The translations under genes were made by a program, and so were the position numbers. DNA of 64,000 nucleotides, taken from Bacilli bacterium. GTDB lineage: Bacteria; Bacillota_I; Bacilli_A; RF39; UBA660. This document shows positions 58,747-64,000 of this stretch, piece by piece (positions within the stretch are counted from its first letter, which is position 1; each line of letters opens with the position of its first letter). The notes beneath the pieces are model-generated. The model ran no database searches and had not been told where the DNA came from. It saw nothing but the letters and a program-made list of their open reading frames with translations. The stretch spans positions 360,852-424,851 of the forward strand of contig JAFYYX010000001.1 in assembly GCA_017548925.1 (NCBI GenBank), written 5' to 3'.

Positions 58747-59331
58747 ATGGATAAGTACTATGCGTTATATTTAGATAAACACGTTGATAGAAAAAATAAA
58801 ACTCAAGTTGAAAATTATAGATTCATTCAACCTAAGTTTAAAATGTGGAACACTGATCATATATATCTTCATATTTTTAGTGGGATAATTATGTGCAAGG
58901 ATGCATTCTTTGTTGGAAACTTACAAAATATTCCACTTATAGTAAGACAAGATGAAAATGGTATTTATGATGCTTACTATGGGGAAAAACTAACAATTAT
59001 TCCACCAATAAAGTTATCTAAAAAAGAAATATCATGTGAATATGTTCAAGATGTATTTACAAGTTTAAATTCAGATTGTCGCAGTAGAGAAAGTTATAAA
59101 TATTCTTTAGCTGAATATAAATTAATAATAGAAGAATATATAACTTTTATATCTAAACTAGATGAAATACATGAAGATCTTAAAAATACACTTTTTATGC
59201 ATAAAACTGATAGTAGTCAATCATTACTAGTTCAAAGTAGTATGCCTAGAAGTGAAAACAATAATCCAAGCATTCTTGTACAATCTTCAATGAGAAATAA
59301 AGATGAAAAAACAAGACAAAGAAGTAAGTAG
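58747..59331 (+). CDS. hypothetical protein with C-terminal peptide repeat (LVQSSM)
   Basis: AAAGGAAGTG RBS. The C-terminus contains LLVQSSMPR...ILVQSSMRN encoded with different codons. Confidence 0.45.
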   Translation: MDKYYALYLDKHVDRKNKTQVENYRFIQPKFKMWNTDHIYLHIFSGIIMCKDAFFVGNLQNIPLIVRQDENGIYDAYYGEKLTIIPPIKLSKKEISCEYVQDVFTSLNSDCRSRESYKYSLAEYKLIIEEYITFISKLDEIHEDLKNTLFMHKTDSSQSLLVQSSMPRSENNNPSILVQSSMRNKDEKTRQRSK

Positions 59332-59353
59332 TTGTCTACTTACTTCTTTTTTC
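59320..59353 (+). terminator. rho-independent terminator
   Basis: Stem gaagtaagtag pairs with ctacttacttc, followed by T6. It is followed by TTGACT. Confidence 0.7.
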
Positions 59354-59406
59354 TTGACTTTAAATATTAATTATAAGTATGATTTTAGTAGAAGAAGGTG
59401 TTTATT

Positions 59407-59874
59407 ATGGAAAATAATGAACAAACATATTGCTATATTAATGTTAAAGAAGTACCAAACTTTTATAATAGTTTCATAAATAGGATTAATAGTAGTAAGT
59501 ATTTAACAGTAGCTAATATTGGTGGACAAAACTGTTTATGTTTTATTATGGATAATCATAATAAAAATGATAAAAGTTTAAACTTTGATTTTGAAAATCA
59601 AGTTTATCCATTTATCTTTTTAAATGATAAATTAAATAAAATGTTTGTAGATATTGTTACAAATAGAGCATATTTTTATAATGCTGTTAATAAAGGTGTT
59701 GGTGACTATATAGAAGAAGTTATACCTTCCGGCATAAATTTATCAAATGAAGATGTTAAAAAATATGTTAATACAATTCCTTTTGTTAGATATAAAGAGA
59801 TTATAGAAGAATTTGAAAAGATTATGAAAGAATCTTATTGTTTAGATATGGGTATAGATAGAGCTAACAGATAG
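59407..59874 (+). CDS. hypothetical protein (YCYIN/PFIF family, copy 1)
   Basis: ATG after GAAGAAGGTG. Shares N-terminal YCYIN and central PFIF...K(M/F) blocks with the next gene. Confidence 0.45.
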   Translation: MENNEQTYCYINVKEVPNFYNSFINRINSSKYLTVANIGGQNCLCFIMDNHNKNDKSLNFDFENQVYPFIFLNDKLNKMFVDIVTNRAYFYNAVNKGVGDYIEEVIPSGINLSNEDVKKYVNTIPFVRYKEIIEEFEKIMKESYCLDMGIDRANR

Positions 59875-59943
59875 TTAACTCTATTTTTTCTTGACATAAA
59901 CTATTAATATAAATAAGATATAAATTAAATCAAGGAGAAAGTT

Positions 59944-60504
59944 ATGATTAAAAATAATTGGATTTATTGTTACATAAATATATTTAAACATAAAGATGAT
60001 ACTATAGCATATGAAAAATTAATTGAAGCTATAAAAAATGATGAGCTATTATCTTTATGTGAAGAAGAAATAGAAATTGATGGAAATGTGCAAACAATTA
60101 ACTATTTAGGTTTTAAATCTTATGGTGTTGATTTAGATGATATAACTCCATATAAAGATAAAATAAAATATAGAGTTATTCCATTTATATTTAAGCATGA
60201 TGTAGTAAATAAGAAATTTGCTGATTCTGTATCAGGAGAAATATATAGTTATCATACTTATGATTATAGCGAGAGTGAAAGAAAGTTTTTTGAAGATAAA
60301 GGACAAACTGGTGAATATTTAAATTCAGCATTAATACTTACAAATGAACAAAAATCATCAGTGCTTAATACTATGAGTAATAATGATGTTCAAACTTATA
60401 GAAAAGCTTTAAGAAAACTTGATGCTTTAATAAAACAAGTTTATGGTAATTACTATACGGATATAAGAAAAGAAAAAAGAATTAGAGAAAGAAAACAAAA
60501 TTAA
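59944..60504 (+). CDS. hypothetical protein (YCYIN/PFIF family, copy 2)
   Basis: AAGGAGAAAG RBS. Preceded by TTGACA 17-nt-spaced promoter-like boxes and followed by a terminator. Confidence 0.45.
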   Translation: MIKNNWIYCYINIFKHKDDTIAYEKLIEAIKNDELLSLCEEEIEIDGNVQTINYLGFKSYGVDLDDITPYKDKIKYRVIPFIFKHDVVNKKFADSVSGEIYSYHTYDYSESERKFFEDKGQTGEYLNSALILTNEQKSSVLNTMSNNDVQTYRKALRKLDALIKQVYGNYYTDIRKEKRIRERKQN

Positions 60505-60530
60505 AAAACTAACCTATGTTAGTTTTTTTA
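60504..60530 (+). terminator. rho-independent terminator
   Basis: Stem aaaactaac pairs with gttagtttt, followed by T7. Confidence 0.65.
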
Positions 60531-60617
60531 TTTTGGAATATGCAAGCATTAATGCATATTGAAAAATTAGCAAAAATATGATAATATAAACACATAGAAA
60601 TAAGGAGAGTGATTGTT

Positions 60618-61172
60618 ATGCCAGTATGGCTAATTGTAGTACTAGCAGTAGTTGCAGTATTAGTTCTATGGATTATTGGTTCATATAATGGATTAGTAAG
60701 ACTAAGAAACAGAGTTAGAGATCAATGGGCACAAATCGATGTTCAACTTAAAAGAAGATTTGATTTAATCCCAAATTTAGTAGAAACAGTAAAAGGATAC
60801 ACTAAACATGAAAGTGAAACTTTAGAAAACGTTGTTAAAGCACGTAACACTTATTTAAGTGCTACTACACCTGAAGCTCAAATGGAAGCTAATGGTGAAC
60901 TTACACAAGCTATTTCTAAATTATTTGCTTTAACTGAAGCTTATCCAGATTTAAAAGCAAATACTAACTTTGTTAAAATGCAAGATGATTTAAAGGAAAC
61001 TGAAGACAAGATTTCTTATGCAAGACAATTTTATAATGATACTGTACTTACATATAATAATAAAGTAGAAGTTATTCCTACAAACATTATTGCTGGTTTA
61101 TTCGGATTTAAGAAAGAAGCATTCTTTGAAGCACAAGGTGCTGAAAGAGAAAACGTTCAAGTTAAATTCTAA
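60618..61172 (+). CDS. lemA: LemA-family membrane protein
   Basis: N-terminal TM, then a LemA core (YNGLVRLRNRVRDQWAQIDVQLKRRFDLIPNLVETVKGY...). ATG 8 nt after AAGGAGAG. Confidence 0.75.
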   Translation: MPVWLIVVLAVVAVLVLWIIGSYNGLVRLRNRVRDQWAQIDVQLKRRFDLIPNLVETVKGYTKHESETLENVVKARNTYLSATTPEAQMEANGELTQAISKLFALTEAYPDLKANTNFVKMQDDLKETEDKISYARQFYNDTVLTYNNKVEVIPTNIIAGLFGFKKEAFFEAQGAERENVQVKF

Positions 61173-61200
61173 GCTTACAGATCCTGTAAGCTTTTTTTTA
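61171..61200 (+). terminator. rho-independent terminator
   Basis: Stem aagcttacag pairs with ctgtaagctt, followed by T8. Confidence 0.7.
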
Positions 61201-61222
61201 AAAAAGAAGGAGGAATAAAATA

Positions 61223-63157
61223 ATGAAAAAACTATTATTAATAATTTTCTCTTTTTTTATTTTTCCAGTGCTTACATTTGCCGTTGATAATGTAGATTAT
61301 GATGTAGAACATTATTATATTAAAGCAAATATTTTAAGTAATGGAGATTTAAAAGTAAAAGAATTAATAGTTCTAGATGGTTCATTTAATGGTTATGAAA
61401 GAACTATCAATTATAGAAATAGTGCGCTTAATAGTTATAGTGATATAGATTTTGAACACTCTGCAATTTATAATTCAGATGGTATTAAAAATGTAACTAT
61501 TAAAGCAAAATATTTAAATAATGTATCATTTAATAATATTGATGACTTAGATTATGAATCATTTACAGAAGTAGATTTTGCATATAAAGGTGATAAAAGA
61601 AAATATACTTTAAATGAAGGTTATGATGGTAATACATATAGAATGTATTATGAATCAAGAAGAAATACTGTAGGTTTTTTAATTGAGTATACTTTAGATA
61701 ATGCTGTTGTAATGCATGAAGATGTTGCAGAACTTTACTGGCAAATCTTTACTGCATCATCAGATAATGATGCTTATAAAGATTTAAAAGTAAAAGTATA
61801 TCTTCCAGGTGAAGATGATACAGATACTTTTAGATTCTGGGCTCATGGTCCACTTTCTGGTGAAATTAATCCTATAAATGGTGTAATTAATTATAAAGGT
61901 GCTGTTGCAACTATTGATAAACTTGCAGGTGATGAAGATCTTGATATCAGAATGACTTTTGATAAAGATTTAATTACAGATGATTATGAACTTGATCATA
62001 CATATGTTGATGGTTTAGATAGCATTATTGAAGTAGAAGAAAAAAGAGCTGAAGAAGCTAATAATGAAAGAAAAAGATTAAAAAGAATTTACAACTTTTA
62101 TAAAACAGGTTCTCAAGTAATAACTGTTTTAATAGTTATAGCTCATATAATAATTAAATTTATTATTTTAAGAAAACCTAAAGTTGATTTTGATGCCGAG
62201 TATTATAGAGAGTTTATTGATGATTATAATGTTGAAGTTATTGATTACTTATTTAAGAAGAATTTAACTCCTAATGCTTTATCAGCAGCAATTATGAATT
62301 TAATTTATAGAAAGAAAGTAACTGCTGAAGAATTAGTAGATACAAATGCAAAAAAAGAATCAAAGAAAAAAGATTACACATTTACTATTGTTGATAGAGA
62401 TGATTTAAATGAATCTGATACTAAATTAGTTGAATTCTTATTTGATAGAGTTGGAGATGGAACAACATTTACAACTAAGGGATTAAAAAAATATGCATCT
62501 AGTTTATCAACAGGAAGTAAGTTTAATAACAGTTATACTAATTGGAGTAAATCTGTTATAAATGAAGGTAAGAAACAAAACTTCTTTAAAGGTAAAGGTG
62601 CAGCATATGCAATTGCTATTCCACTTTTAGTTATTAGTATCATATTCCAGTTTACTGGAACAGGACAAGGTGTTAATTATCCGCTATTATTCTTTATAGG
62701 TTTCTTTGGTGTAATGCTTGTTATTATGACAGCAAAACAAAAAGCTTATAATGAAAAAGGTGCACTACACTACAAAAAATGGAATGCATTTAAAAACTTC
62801 TTAAAAGACTTTGGTGATTTCTCACCAAAAGAACTTCCAGAAGTAAAATTATGGGAAAGATATTTAGTATATGCTACTATCTTTGGACTTGCTAAAAAAT
62901 TACAAAATGATATGAATGTAAAAATTAAAGAATTTGATGATTCTATCCAAGGAACATATTCTGATACATTTACACATTTATATTTATATGATTCTATTAG
63001 AAACTCATTTTCTACAGCAGTTTCTGATGGTAAACGTGCTTACGCAGCATCAAGAGCTAACGCTTATTCTTCATCATCATCTGGTGGCGGATTCGGTGGA
63101 GGCTTCTCTGGAGGAGGAGGCTTCGGCGGCGGCGGTGGCGGAGGTCACGGATTCTAA
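61223..63157 (+). CDS. DUF2207-type membrane protein (LemA-associated), Gly-rich C-terminus
   Basis: Signal peptide, large N-terminal extracytoplasmic domain, two TM regions, and a C-terminal SSSSSGGGFGGGFSGGGGFGGGGGGGHGF tail. Classic pairing downstream of lemA. GAAGGAGG RBS. Confidence 0.65.
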   Translation: MKKLLLIIFSFFIFPVLTFAVDNVDYDVEHYYIKANILSNGDLKVKELIVLDGSFNGYERTINYRNSALNSYSDIDFEHSAIYNSDGIKNVTIKAKYLNNVSFNNIDDLDYESFTEVDFAYKGDKRKYTLNEGYDGNTYRMYYESRRNTVGFLIEYTLDNAVVMHEDVAELYWQIFTASSDNDAYKDLKVKVYLPGEDDTDTFRFWAHGPLSGEINPINGVINYKGAVATIDKLAGDEDLDIRMTFDKDLITDDYELDHTYVDGLDSIIEVEEKRAEEANNERKRLKRIYNFYKTGSQVITVLIVIAHIIIKFIILRKPKVDFDAEYYREFIDDYNVEVIDYLFKKNLTPNALSAAIMNLIYRKKVTAEELVDTNAKKESKKKDYTFTIVDRDDLNESDTKLVEFLFDRVGDGTTFTTKGLKKYASSLSTGSKFNNSYTNWSKSVINEGKKQNFFKGKGAAYAIAIPLLVISIIFQFTGTGQGVNYPLLFFIGFFGVMLVIMTAKQKAYNEKGALHYKKWNAFKNFLKDFGDFSPKELPEVKLWERYLVYATIFGLAKKLQNDMNVKIKEFDDSIQGTYSDTFTHLYLYDSIRNSFSTAVSDGKRAYAASRANAYSSSSSGGGFGGGFSGGGGFGGGGGGGHGF

Positions 63158-63169
63158 TAAAAATAATAA

Positions 63170-63198
63170 AAAAAGGTATAAGTTTATACCTTTTTTAA
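63170..63198 (+). terminator. rho-independent terminator
   Basis: Stem aaaggtataa pairs with ttataccttt, followed by T6. Confidence 0.65.
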
Positions 63199-63261
63199 TT
63201 TGCTTTTAACAAAAAGTATTGTATAATAAATCTTATCTTTTTTAAGTAATGAGGTTTAATT

Positions 63262-63834
63262 GTGAAGTATGATTTTTTTAAAGACTTTAATCATAAGCAT
63301 GCACTAGATATTTATCATCTTTATTCAGAACTATTTAAGGGAGTAAGATTTATTCCTAATACTTATTATGTAGTAAATGAATCAACTGATAAAAATGGTC
63401 AAGTAAATGGATATATATGTGTTAATATTAAAGACCCAAATGATAATAAAAATATTATAAAATTTTATATTGGGGTATTTAAACAATATCCAACTAGTTA
63501 TCATGTTCATAATATATATTTTATATATAATAATGAATATTTTGTTATATCTAATATTCATTTTGAAAATGATGGCTTATCATATAAGTGTGAATGTTTT
63601 GATGATATAAAATTAAAAAATGTATGTGAAAGTAAAAACACTAATTTACCAAAACCAGAAGATTTTGCCGAACTTAAAGTAGAAGCAAATATCGAAAATA
63701 ATGAAAATATACCACATTATTTTAGAGGAAATATAATTAGTTATATTACTGAAAAGTATTATTTTGAAAAAGATATTAAAACAGTAAGAGAATTACTAGA
63801 AGATAAAAACGAACCTAGAAGGGTTAGAGCGTAG
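63262..63834 (+). CDS. hypothetical protein (GTG start), Cys-containing, unknown function
   Basis: GTG start 7 nt after GAGG. No TM; several Cys (YICVNIK, YKCECFDD, NVCESK). Confidence 0.4.
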   Translation: MKYDFFKDFNHKHALDIYHLYSELFKGVRFIPNTYYVVNESTDKNGQVNGYICVNIKDPNDNKNIIKFYIGVFKQYPTSYHVHNIYFIYNNEYFVISNIHFENDGLSYKCECFDDIKLKNVCESKNTNLPKPEDFAELKVEANIENNENIPHYFRGNIISYITEKYYFEKDIKTVRELLEDKNEPRRVRA

Positions 63835-63855
63835 TCTTAAGAAAGGAAAATATAT

Positions 63856-64000
63856 ATGAATTATAGTTTAAGAACATGGTTAGAAAAAATGAAACAATTA
63901 CAATTTACAAACTCAGATGCAGAATTTGATATTATTAAATTATTTAATATTGTTCCTTGTGTGTCTGTTACACGTTCACATAAAACGCCATGTACTGAAG
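63856..64000 (+). CDS. hypothetical protein, 3'-truncated by window edge
   Basis: ATG 63856 after AAAGGAAAA. Open to the end of the window (MNYSLRTWLEKMKQLQFTNSDAEFDIIKLFNIVPCVSVTRSHKTPCTE). Confidence 0.3.
   Translation, partial: MNYSLRTWLEKMKQLQFTNSDAEFDIIKLFNIVPCVSVTRSHKTPCTE

Noticed and set aside
59862-59890. Possible terminator after ORF 59407..59874
   Set aside because: Only a 4-bp (atag/ctat) or mismatched stem precedes the T-run; too weak to call, although a T-run followed by TTGACA is present.
63050-63157. GGC/GGA-rich stretch at the end of the DUF2207 gene, locally G+C-rich
   Set aside because: Encodes the poly-Gly tail common in this family; not a CRISPR or microsatellite of independent significance.
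1-64000. Searched by eye for CRISPR-like direct repeats, tRNA/rRNA-like G+C-rich islands in intergenic DNA, transposase/integrase/recombinase motifs and phage structural genes
   Set aside because: None found. Intergenic regions are short, AT-rich and occupied by terminator/promoter pairs. No DDE/HUH/Tyr-recombinase signatures in any translation. tRNA absence cannot be fully excluded without a covariance-model scan.

Overview
This 64-kb window is a very AT-rich chromosomal segment of an endospore-forming Bacillota (Firmicutes) genome. The lineage is not assigned; the sporulation and germination genes argue against Mollicutes. I support about 65 protein-coding genes, nearly all on the + strand and densely packed. 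Most are separated by textbook rho-independent terminators, and several are immediately followed by sigma-A-like -35/-10 boxes. I found no rRNA, tRNA, CRISPR array, transposase or integrase.

Core content:
- Housekeeping: RluD-like pseudouridine synthase (truncated at the left edge), rhomboid protease, lexA, GT4 glycosyltransferase, transketolase, Lon.
- Spore-related: a SpoVID/SipL-like LysM protein with a CotS/YsxE-like partner, and a gerAA-gerAC-gerAB-type germinant receptor on the minus strand.
- Envelope and translation: ylbL-cdsA-rseP, a VanY-like carboxypeptidase, a RumA-type rRNA methyltransferase, dtd, a heterodimeric ABC exporter, ttcA.
- A partial dcw cluster: spoVD-like PBP, mraY, ftsW/spoVE, murG, murB, divIB; murE and murD are absent from it.
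- queH, rpsB-tsf, then frr, then a LemA + DUF2207 pair.

Accessory or unusual content worth follow-up:
1. Four membrane-anchored genes of unknown function sit between tsf and frr, exactly where pyrH normally lies.
2. A two-gene cassette (HTH-XRE membrane regulator plus a 4-TM partner) is duplicated in tandem, next to a beta-helix surface protein.
3. A two-gene operon of prepilin-type proteins with its own promoter has no pilus assembly genes nearby; the second protein carries a large, compositionally G+C-elevated glycine-rich domain.
4. An LRR + transglutaminase-like cysteine-protease gene and an HD-domain gene, driven by a near-consensus promoter, are inserted between ftsW and murG.
5. Ribosomal protein S2 carries an ~80-aa C-terminal extension ending in a Rho-N/SAP-like motif.
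6. The lexA control region has a promoter, a degenerate SOS box and a Shine-Dalgarno-sequestering palindrome.

All family calls rest on motifs read directly from the translations. No database searches could be run.
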